Of a stretch of DNA of 64,000 nt, positions 31,708 to 41,646 are shown one piece after another. Made by a program: the position numbers and the translations under genes. A model generated the notes under the pieces. That model was not told the DNA's origin, made no database searches, and saw nothing but the letters and a program-made list of their open reading frames with translations. Origin of the DNA: Flavobacteriales bacterium (GTDB lineage: Bacteria; Bacteroidota; Bacteroidia; NS11-12g; UBA9320); the NCBI GenBank assembly GCA_020635455.1, contig JACJZT010000003.1, forward strand, positions 522,143 to 586,142, written 5' to 3'. Position 1 is the stretch's first letter. The number at the start of each line of letters is the position of its first letter.

Positions 31708-33504
31708 ATGCAGAATAGTATAAACCAAGAACAAGAGAATGAATTAATAAATAATTCTAAAAGATACCTAAAAGAGGATGTGGAGGCCTTTTTCTATGTT
31801 TTAGATGAAATATTAAAAACGATTGATCTTTCTGATACAGAAGGTAAAATAATTTACAGTTGTAAACGAAATAATCTGATTTTTATGGTCGGGCAAAGAT
31901 ATTGCTGGGTTTTAAGCGGTGATAAGCAAGGAAAATTTGCTGCTATATCATCCGAGAAATTAAGCAACAGTAATTTCAGTGCCCAATTTGATGGTTCTGT
32001 AAAGGCTTATTGGAATCGATTTACAAACACCACGGAAGTTTTAAAGAATATAGGCGAGATATGCCGGGCCGTTGAAATTGAAATAAACCGAACAAAAAAA
32101 TCTAGCTTTAAGAAATTTCATAATTTTAGTCTGGAAAAAGCAGCCTTGGATTTAAATTATCGTCAAAAGATCCTCCAGTTTGCCGGTACCAATTATGAAC
32201 CAAACAAAGAACTAAGCAAATCCATAGTTTCTCAAAACAGCATGAAAAATAAACTTAAACATCCCTTGAATCAAATATTATTTGGCCCTCCAGGAACCGG
32301 CAAAACATATAATACCATAAATACGGCTTTGGAAATCATCGGTGTGGATATTGAAGGTATGGGAAGAGAGGAAATAAAAGAATTGTATGATCAAAAGATA
32401 AAGGAAGGCCAAATTATATTTACCACCTTTCATCAAAGCATGAGTTACGAAGATTTTATTGAGGGTATAAAGCCAGAAACAATAGATGATAAGGTCATTT
32501 ATAATGTGAAGAATGGAATTTTTAAGAATTTATGTCAAATTGCAATTACACCAAATCAAGTAGATTTTAATAAGGGGTATGACTTATTAAAAATAAGATT
32601 GAGTGAAATGGAAATGATTACATTAAAAACCCCAACGGGAAAAGATTTTTCGATTTCATTAAATTCGAATGGAAATTTATCCTTACACACTGGTATACAT
32701 AAAGGGAATACTGGAACCCTGACTAGAGAAAATCTAATAAAACAATTAAACGGTGAATATAAATTTTCCGGCTGGGAAGGTTATTTTAAAGGTGTAATAC
32801 AATATTTGGAAGATGAATTTAATTATTCGACCACTACAAATTTACCAAACCAAAATTTTGTCTTAATCATTGATGAAATAAACAGAGGCAATGTTTCCCA
32901 AATATTTGGTGAACTTATAACTCTTATCGAAGAAGATAAACGATTAGGAAAAGCAGAAGCTATTGAAGTGACGCTTCCTTATTCAAAAGAGACTTTTGGT
33001 GTGCCACCTAATCTTTATATTCTTGGAACAATGAATACTGCTGATAGAAGCATTGAATCCTTGGACACCGCATTACGCAGAAGGTTTTCATTTAGGGAAA
33101 TGGCTCCAATGCCGGAATTAATATTTGAAAAAGGACAATCCAATGGGGATATTGATGGAATAGATTTGGTAGAACTCTTGACGGTTATGAATGAAAGAAT
33201 TGAAAAACTGCTGGATAAAGACCATAAAATCGGGCATTCGTATTTTTTAAAAGTTGCAAATATTGAAGATTTACGGCAGGCCTTCAAGGATAAAATCATC
33301 CCACTTCTTGAAGAATATTTTTTCGGTGATTTTGGCAAAATTGGTTTAATCTTGGGTGATAGTTTTATAATGAAAAATGAAACAGGCGACTTCCGTTTTG
33401 CAAATTTTACCGGCTATGATTCACTTGTGGAGCAAGATTTAAAAGAGAAAATGATTTATAAAGTAAAAGAAAGTTCTGAATGGGATTTTAGCAGCATACT
33501 GTAA
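31708..33504 (+). CDS. mcrB: McrB-family AAA+ GTPase subunit of a modification-dependent restriction system
   Basis: ILFGPPGTGKTY, the IDEINRGN motif and an FTTFHQSMSYEDFIEG region are McrB hallmarks. The N-terminal roughly 190 aa are an unrecognised DNA-reading domain. Confidence 0.85.
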   Translation: MQNSINQEQENELINNSKRYLKEDVEAFFYVLDEILKTIDLSDTEGKIIYSCKRNNLIFMVGQRYCWVLSGDKQGKFAAISSEKLSNSNFSAQFDGSVKAYWNRFTNTTEVLKNIGEICRAVEIEINRTKKSSFKKFHNFSLEKAALDLNYRQKILQFAGTNYEPNKELSKSIVSQNSMKNKLKHPLNQILFGPPGTGKTYNTINTALEIIGVDIEGMGREEIKELYDQKIKEGQIIFTTFHQSMSYEDFIEGIKPETIDDKVIYNVKNGIFKNLCQIAITPNQVDFNKGYDLLKIRLSEMEMITLKTPTGKDFSISLNSNGNLSLHTGIHKGNTGTLTRENLIKQLNGEYKFSGWEGYFKGVIQYLEDEFNYSTTTNLPNQNFVLIIDEINRGNVSQIFGELITLIEEDKRLGKAEAIEVTLPYSKETFGVPPNLYILGTMNTADRSIESLDTALRRRFSFREMAPMPELIFEKGQSNGDIDGIDLVELLTVMNERIEKLLDKDHKIGHSYFLKVANIEDLRQAFKDKIIPLLEEYFFGDFGKIGLILGDSFIMKNETGDFRFANFTGYDSLVEQDLKEKMIYKVKESSEWDFSSIL

Positions 33505-33516
33505 TAAAGACATCAG

Positions 33517-34770
33517 GTGGCAAGGCTTATTCAAATATTTGAACATGAAAATTTAACAATCTCTGAAAACCACAGAGGGGAAAAATTGGAAATTTCTGAG
33601 CTGGAGAAATTGTATGCTTTTAACGATCAAAACAATAATATCTATTTTACAGGAATACGAAACGGTGTAAAGTTTAATAGTTATGTCGGGGTTATCAAAA
33701 TAGGAGGCTTGACAATTGAGATATTACCCAAAGCAGATAAAAACCAATCACATTCAAAAACAGTTTATATGCATTGGCGGAATGCACTTTTAAATATGCT
33801 TTCGATCTGTAGAAAGATTAAGGTTGAATCCGTGTCCGAAGCAAATTTAAACAAACGATATTACTCGCTCCTAGACCTCTATTTTGAACTCTTTATCAAT
33901 GAGTTGAGCTATCTTTTAAGATCTGGCTTACTAAGAAAATACCACAAGCAGTCTTCAAATACCACTGCCTTAAAGGGCCGTATTGATTTTGGTAAAAACA
34001 TTCAAAAAAATCTGGTTCATAAGGAAAGGTTTTATACGTTCCACCAAGTTTATGACTATGAACACCTTATAAATCAAATACTTTTAAAGGCTCTAAATAT
34101 TCTTTCAAGAATAGTATCGAACGCAACACTAAAGGATCGTATAGCAAGACTTAAACGCGATTTCCCTGAAATCAAAGAGATACCAATTTATAAATCACAT
34201 TTCGATCAAATTAAAGAATCCCGTAAAACGGTTCCATATTGGGAGGCCATCAAAATCGCCAAAATGATTATTTTGAATTACGCTCCAGACATCAAGGGTG
34301 GTCAAGACAATATGTTGGCTTTATTGTTCGATATGAATAGCCTTTGGGAAGAGTATGTTTATCGTATGCTTCAAAGAAATAAGCCCGATAATATTCAAGT
34401 AAATTTCCAGAATTCACAAAAATTTTGGGAGGGAAAAACAATTCGACCGGATATCGTTCTTACCAAAACTGTGGACCAAGATGTTCAAGAAACCTACATC
34501 ATTGATACAAAATGGAAAATCATTGAATACCAAAACCCTTCGGATGCAGACTTAAAACAGATGTATGCTTATAATATCTATTGGAATTGTAGAAGAAGCA
34601 TGCTTTTGTATCCAAATGTGAAAGAGTATCCTGAGAGTTTTGGGAAATTCCATAAAGGGAAAGAGGGAGAAAATAAATGCAAACTTGGTTTTGTGAATGT
34701 TTTAGATGCATCGGGAGGCTTGGATAAGAATATTGGGAGGGTGATTTTGGAAAAGTTAATTGAGAATTAA
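33517..34770 (+). CDS. mcrC: McrC-family nuclease subunit
   Basis: 417 aa immediately after mcrB. McrC-like N-terminus and a C-terminal PD-(D/E)xK-like region (IIDTKWK). Confidence 0.7.
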   Translation: MARLIQIFEHENLTISENHRGEKLEISELEKLYAFNDQNNNIYFTGIRNGVKFNSYVGVIKIGGLTIEILPKADKNQSHSKTVYMHWRNALLNMLSICRKIKVESVSEANLNKRYYSLLDLYFELFINELSYLLRSGLLRKYHKQSSNTTALKGRIDFGKNIQKNLVHKERFYTFHQVYDYEHLINQILLKALNILSRIVSNATLKDRIARLKRDFPEIKEIPIYKSHFDQIKESRKTVPYWEAIKIAKMIILNYAPDIKGGQDNMLALLFDMNSLWEEYVYRMLQRNKPDNIQVNFQNSQKFWEGKTIRPDIVLTKTVDQDVQETYIIDTKWKIIEYQNPSDADLKQMYAYNIYWNCRRSMLLYPNVKEYPESFGKFHKGKEGENKCKLGFVNVLDASGGLDKNIGRVILEKLIEN

Positions 34771-34781
34771 AAGATAAATAC

Positions 34782-36491
34782 ATGACACATTTAACACATT
34801 TTGGGTTAGGTAATTTTAGGGTGTTTAAGGAAACAGCGCTATTTGAATTAAAACCTATAACTATACTTACCGGCACAAATAGCAGTGGCAAAAGTTCACT
34901 GACAAAAGGGTTGTTGGTAGTAAAGAACTTGTTTAAAAACAAGATAATTTTTAGAGAAAAGAGCAAGTGGAATGGATTTCCGGAACTAGACACAGATACT
35001 ATCTCAGAACTTGAAATTCCTTATAGTTTACATTTAGGAAATTTAAGCACATGTGCTAACAAATTCATAGGACGGTCTGAAATTGAGTTAATTTTACCCA
35101 TTAGCCTGGATGAAAAGAAAGAGGTATGGATGCTAACAATAGTTTATAAATCATCTGAGGAAAAAGAAGGATACGGCACATTGTGTGGATTTTTTTTGAA
35201 ACAAAGGGAAATTGATATTTTAAATTGCACTTTAGATGAACATAATTATTGGAGAATATCGGTAAATTTTAAGTTTTTAAAAATCTATTTTAAGGACGAA
35301 TTAGATAATTTAAAAACGGAATTACTATCAAATAACTCCTCACTTTTCAATTATAGCTTCTTGGAAGAACCTCAATTACTATATGAAATATTTGAAAATA
35401 CATTTGAAGATAAAGACATGTTGTTGGACTTTGTCGAATGGAATAAGCAGTTAAAAAACGAATATGAAAAGGAAGTTAGTTCAGGTAAATTTAAACCCAT
35501 TGAAGAGGAGGAAAGTGATTGGTTAAATTCAAAAATATTTATACAAGGTGGTGATCCATTTACATTAACTTTAGGTGATGTACTGATGGTGGACATTATA
35601 GCTGCATCTTATTATACGGATAGCTCTGCCGAATTATATAAGCATTTTGATATTGAAAAATCTCCTATGAAAAGGTTTGTTCCTAATGAAAACTTTATAA
35701 TTACTCATGATAGGAAAAATACGATTGTACCTCAGCGAATTGAGCTGATAATTCAAAACTTATTCCTAATAAAACTTGGTAGTTCATTAAATGAAACTTC
35801 AAAGATGGTAGGTGAGATTGAATATATGCCTTCAATTAGAAGTAATCCAAGTCGAATTTTTTTATACGATGATGATTCTGTTTTTAAACTATTACTAAAG
35901 AAGTTAACAACTGAATATATTCCTGATTTCATACTTAATTTTATTAAGGATCAAATAATTAAATTTGAAATTGCTGATGAATTTGAATTCGTAAAACTCC
36001 CCGATGGTATTGGTACTAGAGTAGTATTAAAAAAGGATGGTTATGGGTTTGATTTAATGGATGTCGGATATGGTTTTTCACAGATACTACCTATTATTCT
36101 GCAGCTGGCAATCATGATGAATTCGGAAAATAAACTATTAATTATAGAAGAGCCTGAAACCAATTTGCACCCGGCACTACAATCGAAATTAGCCGATATG
36201 TTTGTAGAGTGCTTTAAAAGATATAATATTCAATTTATCATTGAAACACATAGCGAATACCTTATCAGAAAACTTCAGTACTTAACAGGAAAAGGTGAAA
36301 TTGAACCTGAGATGACACAGATGTATTATTTTAATCATCCTGAAAAAATTCCTGAAGGAGAAAATCAAATTAAAAAAATCAATATTCAGAAAGACGGCAG
36401 CTTGACGGATGATTTTGGAACCGGATTTTTTGATGAAGCTACAAATTGGAAATTTGAATTAACCAAATTAAAAAATTCCCAGAGAAACTAA
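34782..36491 (+). CDS. ABC-type/AAA_15-AAA_21-like ATPase (DUF3696-like C-terminus)
   Basis: N-terminal P-loop (ILTGTNSSGKSS). C-terminal Walker B/D-loop (LLIIEEPETNLHP) and H-loop (IIETHSE). Confidence 0.7.
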   Translation: MTHLTHFGLGNFRVFKETALFELKPITILTGTNSSGKSSLTKGLLVVKNLFKNKIIFREKSKWNGFPELDTDTISELEIPYSLHLGNLSTCANKFIGRSEIELILPISLDEKKEVWMLTIVYKSSEEKEGYGTLCGFFLKQREIDILNCTLDEHNYWRISVNFKFLKIYFKDELDNLKTELLSNNSSLFNYSFLEEPQLLYEIFENTFEDKDMLLDFVEWNKQLKNEYEKEVSSGKFKPIEEEESDWLNSKIFIQGGDPFTLTLGDVLMVDIIAASYYTDSSAELYKHFDIEKSPMKRFVPNENFIITHDRKNTIVPQRIELIIQNLFLIKLGSSLNETSKMVGEIEYMPSIRSNPSRIFLYDDDSVFKLLLKKLTTEYIPDFILNFIKDQIIKFEIADEFEFVKLPDGIGTRVVLKKDGYGFDLMDVGYGFSQILPIILQLAIMMNSENKLLIIEEPETNLHPALQSKLADMFVECFKRYNIQFIIETHSEYLIRKLQYLTGKGEIEPEMTQMYYFNHPEKIPEGENQIKKINIQKDGSLTDDFGTGFFDEATNWKFELTKLKNSQRN

Positions 36492-37534
36492 TGATTTCAT
36501 TATATGTCAGTCATAAGTTTGTTGAAGAATTTCAGAATAGAACCGATTGGACAGATGAAATAATCTATGATTTTAGAAACCGTTTTCTTAAGAAAATAAG
36601 GGGAATTGAAGTTATAACAGATTCTGATTTTGATGGCATTGAAGATTTGGTTAATGAAAGCGAGTTTTACAGTGATTTATCAGAAATAAATGGAATTGTC
36701 TGTGATAAAACTTGGCTGGATAAATTGAAAGATGAAAGCTTTCTATATAGTGGTAACTTGTCAAAGGTATTTCTTCTTGGAAATGATTTTGACTGCAAAG
36801 CCATGACCTCTGAATATAATCTACTTTTTATCAATAATAGTAACCTTTTAGACTCATGGAATGATGTTAGAACAGACAGAGAAATAAGTGAGATGACGCC
36901 CAGTAATAGCGATGACAACCCATTTAGTTTCCATTCTTGGGAAAAATTAAAACTATTTAAGCATCCTTTTCATGATTTATTGATTTTTGACCTTTATTTA
37001 TTAGGAGATAAAAGCAATCAGAAAATAGACGATAACCTTATTCCCATGTTAAATTGCTTGTCGGAATTTAATCCAAAACAGAAATTTGAACTCACAATCC
37101 TCACAAAGGAATTCTTAAAACCTAAAAACATATATAACCCTGTTGAGAAAATAGAGGAAGTTTTCACAAAAATAGGAATTGAGAAATGTAAACTTATATA
37201 CTATGATGCGCAAAAATCGGAGAGCTTAAAAGAACATGACAGGCAACTATATACCAATTATATGGTATTTGATTGTGGTGCAGGTTGGAATATTTTCAAT
37301 CAAAAGGGTGGTGTTAATACTTCGACTAAAATAATTGGCAGGTCTATTTTTAGAAACGATTCAAAAAACTCATCAGAAAGTGCCCTTCAAAATTTTAAGA
37401 AATATTTTGAAGCGGTTAAGCATAGTAAAATACAAATTGCAATGGCTGGCCAGTTTGATGATAAAGGCAAATTAAAATTCGACTTAATGGATTATCATTA
37501 TCCGCTTGATTTTTACCCCGTTATTTTAAAATAA
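36491..37534 (+). CDS. hypothetical protein, partner of the ABC-type ATPase
   Basis: 347 aa. The start overlaps the ATPase stop (ATGA). No recognisable catalytic motif. Confidence 0.4.
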   Translation: MISLYVSHKFVEEFQNRTDWTDEIIYDFRNRFLKKIRGIEVITDSDFDGIEDLVNESEFYSDLSEINGIVCDKTWLDKLKDESFLYSGNLSKVFLLGNDFDCKAMTSEYNLLFINNSNLLDSWNDVRTDREISEMTPSNSDDNPFSFHSWEKLKLFKHPFHDLLIFDLYLLGDKSNQKIDDNLIPMLNCLSEFNPKQKFELTILTKEFLKPKNIYNPVEKIEEVFTKIGIEKCKLIYYDAQKSESLKEHDRQLYTNYMVFDCGAGWNIFNQKGGVNTSTKIIGRSIFRNDSKNSSESALQNFKKYFEAVKHSKIQIAMAGQFDDKGKLKFDLMDYHYPLDFYPVILK

Positions 37535-37540
37535 TATCCT

Positions 37541-38557
37541 CTAAGCAGAATACAAATTACTGGCTTCCCCCAGCCTGCTTTTGATAGCATTTGTAAGGCC
37601 TTCCGGCGAAATCACCTTCACACTTTCTGCATACGAAAGTATCAATCTTATAAATTCGTAATTAATGATTAATTCCAATTTCACCTCTAAGGTATTCGCA
37701 TCCATCCAATTTGATCGTTGCGAACCATGTATGGGTTTCGATTCGATGTAATTACCGGTTTTTCCGTAAAAATGTAGAATGATATTCTCGGTAGATTGTT
37801 CCATTGGCTTGGTTACGCCGATTATATCCTCAAAATATTCAGACCAATCGATTGAATTATTTTCACGGTAGTTATCCGTAATTTCATCAATAGATTGAAT
37901 TCTGTCCAAGGCGAGATTCCAATCGTATTTATCCATTTCATCATTGTATCCAAAAAGAAACCAGCGGTTATTGTATTGTTTAAGATAGTATGGATGAATG
38001 ACTATTTCAAAAGATTCAACATTTTCAAATGGTTTGTAGTCAATCCTAAGTACCTTTTTGTAATAGATGGCATTATATAATTTGCCGAGGTTCTCAATTC
38101 CTTTCAGGTAGTTGTTGTTGTCAAATTCGATAATAGTATGCTGGTTACCTTCGGTTCCTATTCCTTGCCTCAATTTAGGAATTAGTTCATTAATCCATTC
38201 AAACTGCGGCATACCTTTAAACTGGGACAGTATTTCGAGAGCTGATTTCAGTTGATTAATTTCCACTTCATTTAGTGGCATTTGATTGATAGAAAAATCG
38301 GTATCCACATAACGGTAATAAACTTTTTTACCATCTTTCAATCTTTCCAATTCTATTCCCCAGCCCTCACTGCTTTCCATAAATGAAATATCTGAAAAAA
38401 TTTGCCTTCTGCTTATTCCACCTAAGTCAGGGTCAATTTCGGTCAATGCTTTTTCACATTCTTTCATCAAGTCCTCAATAAAATAGCGTTTACCCGGATT
38501 GCGAAAGCAATTATCGAGAATCTTATATCGAATAAATTGATTTTTATTGGTAGCCAT
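37541..38557 (-). CDS. HTH-WYL domain transcriptional regulator, divergent from the RT operon
   Basis: WYL signature (NRWFLFGYND). The N-terminal wHTH (NQFIRYKILDNCF ... ISRRQIFSDISFM) is paralogous to the regulator at 11944. The ATG at 38557 is preferred because the HTH begins right after it. The ORF track extends the frame to a TTG at 38713. Confidence 0.65.
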   Translation of the reverse strand: MATNKNQFIRYKILDNCFRNPGKRYFIEDLMKECEKALTEIDPDLGGISRRQIFSDISFMESSEGWGIELERLKDGKKVYYRYVDTDFSINQMPLNEVEINQLKSALEILSQFKGMPQFEWINELIPKLRQGIGTEGNQHTIIEFDNNNYLKGIENLGKLYNAIYYKKVLRIDYKPFENVESFEIVIHPYYLKQYNNRWFLFGYNDEMDKYDWNLALDRIQSIDEITDNYRENNSIDWSEYFEDIIGVTKPMEQSTENIILHFYGKTGNYIESKPIHGSQRSNWMDANTLEVKLELIINYEFIRLILSYAESVKVISPEGLTNAIKSRLGEASNLYSA

Positions 38558-38582
38558 TTTTAAAGGATTATCAAAAATAATT

Positions 38583-38611
38583 CTTTCTGTGCAAATAAAT
38601 TGCACAGAAAG
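38583..38611. promoter_or_regulatory. Perfect 12-bp inverted repeat (ctttctgtgcaa-ataaa-ttgcacagaaag), a candidate operator in the WYL-regulator/RT divergent intergenic region
   Basis: Seen directly in the sequence. It lies just upstream of the preferred regulator start. Confidence 0.4.
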
Positions 38612-38857
38612 ATTCTTAATTTGTACCGGTTCTTTGAAAGCCTGTTGTAAGATATTGATTTTTGCCAACTGGAAATTATCGTAAGGTAGTATCAGATCGG
38701 TTGGTGTCTTCAAGGTAACTTGAGGATGAATGTTTAAAAGTAATTACTCTAGCAATTTACTTCTGGTAATGCTTAACTTAAAATTATTAACCTTTAATTT
38801 TTAATACAAGTTCCATAAACAAAGAGTATAGCAACGGGCTTCACAGAACTTAGAATT

Positions 38858-41008
38858 ATGAAGCTTGAAGAGGCGCATATTAAATCAATTAAGTCATCAT
38901 TTGAAAAAATGAAGGATAAAGAGGATTTGCTGCAACTTTTGAACTTTGTTAAACCATTAGTTTATGGTGAAAAGACAATTCCTTTTAAGTTGAAGCAACT
39001 GACTTGGTATGCCAATTCGACCTTGAAAGGCCGTAGATACAAAGAATTTAACATAAAAAAGAAGTCAGGTGAACATAGAACCATAAATTCCCCGGTAAGT
39101 GGTTTAAAAGCCATTCAAAGAATTTTGAATTTTATCCTTCAATGCGTTTATGAGCCTCATAAAGCAGCAATGGGTTTTGTTAATGGTAAATCCATTGTTG
39201 ATAATGCAAGATTACACACTGGCAACCATTATGTTTATAATATTGATCTGAAGGATTTCTTTCCTAGTATTGAGGCAGGCAGAATTTGGTCAAGATTTCA
39301 ACATCCACCTTTCAACCTAAATGATAGGACCAATAGAAAAGAACTTGCAAATATTATTACCTGGCTTTGCTGCTGTGAAATGGAGGTCGAGCGTTTAGAT
39401 GAAAAAAACCAGTGGCATATAGTCAAAAGAAATGTCTTACCTCAGGGAGCACCGACTTCGCCAACCATCAGCAATATTGTATGTCACCAATTGGATTTTT
39501 ATTTATCAGCAGTGGCAAAACGTTTTGGTTTAAAGTACAGTCGTTATGCCGATGACATAACCTATAGTTCTATGCACAATGTTTATCAAAAAGGCAGCGA
39601 ATTTTTGTCGGAAGTGCATAGAATTATATCAGCACAAAGCTTCCATATTAATGTAAATAAAACCCGTTTACAGAAAGCCGGATACCGACAGGAGGTAACC
39701 GGTTTATTAGTAAATGAAAACGTAAATTTACAAACAAGGTATATCAAACAATTGCGAATGTGGTTATATTATTGGGAAAGGTATGGTTACGAAAGAGCCT
39801 CAGGATTCTTTTTACAGCAATATGTTGCCGATAAAGGCCATGTAAAAAATGGCAAACCGGATTTGGCAAATGTAATTTCAGGCAAGCTTGATTACTTGAA
39901 AATGGTTAAGGGATCTGAGAATGATTTGTACTTGAAGTTAAAAAATAGGTTTAATCAACTTACAACTAAAACTATTGACCAGATAGATTTAAGTAAGGTT
40001 AAAAAGATAAGTAAACCTTCAGAAAGAGAATCAATTATTGAAGAGAACATCGATATTAATAATAATAATTCTTATCCAATACTCCATAATCCTCAAAAAA
40101 CTATTACGCTTTTGAAATCCTTTTCGGTCAATGAGAAAGATCTGAAATATTCAACACACAGTTGGGAAGAAGGTAAATACAACAGTTATGAAGAATATAT
40201 TGAAAAAATTAGAATTGAATGGAATGAAATCAAGGACGAATTAAAAAACCAAAGCCCAAGATTATTTGCCAAAATCTCAAATTTTTTATTCAATAATAAG
40301 CTAGGACAAAAAAACGAAGAAGGTTATTACATTTCTTGGGGTGAAAAAAGGTTGAAATTTGGATGGTCATCCGCAAACCTAAAGGACCATATGAGTGATC
40401 CTGGTAACTCCCCATTTTCTTGCCCGATTCCTGATCAAATAAGAGAATTGGACAAAAGACATGACCTCTTATATTTTAAGGATTATGCTGATGTTTTTAA
40501 AAATGAAATAGAGTTCAGAGAAGATTCTAATAATTTCAAAAAAATGATTTTGGAATTATGGGAAAAAGAATTGAGTTATGATTTCAACATAAAGGGTGTT
40601 GAGCAATTTGCTGGTTTCTCATTTTTTACAGATGTTCATCTTGTAAAAGAATCGTTAAGAACTGTATTTCGCGATATGTATAAAGTAAAGCCACAGTTCC
40701 CAACAATAATAATTGAAAAAATAAGCAGCTTTAATGAAAGAGGATACCATTTAATTAAAGTAACACAAAAAGACTCTTTTATCACCAGAGATGTTAACGA
40801 TCCTAAACTAACAAGCCCTTCCGGTAACTTGTTTTCCATCATAAGAAATCTTAAAAATTTATCTGATTACTCTATAGTTAGCAGGTTTAGGGATGGTAGA
40901 AATTATCGACTTAATTATCTAACTTCTACTAAGACTGATTTCATTGAAACTCTTACACAGGATGAAAATACCCTAGGATTTAGTCACGAATTCAAATTTT
41001 ATTTATGA
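38858..41008 (+). CDS. Reverse transcriptase (retron-like RT with a roughly 350-aa C-terminal extension)
   Basis: RT motifs: KKKSGEHRTI (motif 1), NIDLKDFFPSI (motif 2), LPQGAPTSPTISN (motif 4), YADD (motif 5), INVNKTRL (motif 6). The retron-associated NAxxH (DNARLH) and VTG (RQEVTGLLV) motifs are present. 716 aa. Confidence 0.85.
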   Translation: MKLEEAHIKSIKSSFEKMKDKEDLLQLLNFVKPLVYGEKTIPFKLKQLTWYANSTLKGRRYKEFNIKKKSGEHRTINSPVSGLKAIQRILNFILQCVYEPHKAAMGFVNGKSIVDNARLHTGNHYVYNIDLKDFFPSIEAGRIWSRFQHPPFNLNDRTNRKELANIITWLCCCEMEVERLDEKNQWHIVKRNVLPQGAPTSPTISNIVCHQLDFYLSAVAKRFGLKYSRYADDITYSSMHNVYQKGSEFLSEVHRIISAQSFHINVNKTRLQKAGYRQEVTGLLVNENVNLQTRYIKQLRMWLYYWERYGYERASGFFLQQYVADKGHVKNGKPDLANVISGKLDYLKMVKGSENDLYLKLKNRFNQLTTKTIDQIDLSKVKKISKPSERESIIEENIDINNNNSYPILHNPQKTITLLKSFSVNEKDLKYSTHSWEEGKYNSYEEYIEKIRIEWNEIKDELKNQSPRLFAKISNFLFNNKLGQKNEEGYYISWGEKRLKFGWSSANLKDHMSDPGNSPFSCPIPDQIRELDKRHDLLYFKDYADVFKNEIEFREDSNNFKKMILELWEKELSYDFNIKGVEQFAGFSFFTDVHLVKESLRTVFRDMYKVKPQFPTIIIEKISSFNERGYHLIKVTQKDSFITRDVNDPKLTSPSGNLFSIIRNLKNLSDYSIVSRFRDGRNYRLNYLTSTKTDFIETLTQDENTLGFSHEFKFYL

Positions 41009-41646
41009 TGAATTATGCAATATTGATCGAAGATCGAGTACATAGGCAAAAAAAACATTTAGAGGGTAAAATAATTGAATTAAATAATTTTTCCTTTCTA
41101 AAAAATGTATCTGGTGGACAGGATTTCGTGGACATACTCATGAAATTAAACAAAAAAGAATATACCGTCCTTAACGAATACTCAGTAATTATGCTTCATA
41201 GATCCGCATTCGAAACTGAAATTAGAAATGGATTAATGGATTATCTTAAAACAACAAATAAAAAAGTTGTATTCTTTTCAGGAGGAATTTCCGGATGTCA
41301 AATCAGTAAAATTGGGAACCTTGAGTTTTTACTAATAAATGTAAACCAGTTCTATTCTGACAATTTATTATTATTTCTTAAGAATAATGCGACAAACCTC
41401 TTGGAACTTGCTTTTGGGAGCAATTGGCAAACATCAATATTAGTGGATGCTTATGAAAAGTTAATTCTTTATTCTAAATCATTCACTAAACAACCCTGGT
41501 CTTCTATTGAAGTAAATTTGAAGTTAAATACCAAAATTAAAGAAGACTATTTTTTTGAGTTATCTCAAAAGGATTACATATATAAAACTGACCTAGAAGT
41601 AGTATTAAATAAAATGAATTTAGATTTAAATGAAAGAATAGAATGA
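41005..41646 (+). CDS. hypothetical protein (RT operon gene 2)
   Basis: 213 aa. Overlaps the RT stop (ATGA), suggesting translational coupling. Confidence 0.45.
   Translation: MMNYAILIEDRVHRQKKHLEGKIIELNNFSFLKNVSGGQDFVDILMKLNKKEYTVLNEYSVIMLHRSAFETEIRNGLMDYLKTTNKKVVFFSGGISGCQISKIGNLEFLLINVNQFYSDNLLLFLKNNATNLLELAFGSNWQTSILVDAYEKLILYSKSFTKQPWSSIEVNLKLNTKIKEDYFFELSQKDYIYKTDLEVVLNKMNLDLNERIE

Noticed and set aside
38558-38713. TTG-initiated N-terminal extension of the WYL regulator (ORF-track start 38713)
   Set aside because: The wHTH alignment to the paralogue at 11944 begins right after the internal ATG at 38557. The upstream 52 codons carry no recognisable domain and contain a perfect palindrome that is more likely an operator. 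The TTG start is kept only as an alternative.
38858-41008. Reverse transcriptase as part of a group II intron
   Set aside because: There is no maturase/X or En domain and no flanking intron RNA domains (no domain V-like hairpin seen). The protein has the retron-type NAxxH and VTG motifs and sits in a co-directional operon with coupled downstream genes.
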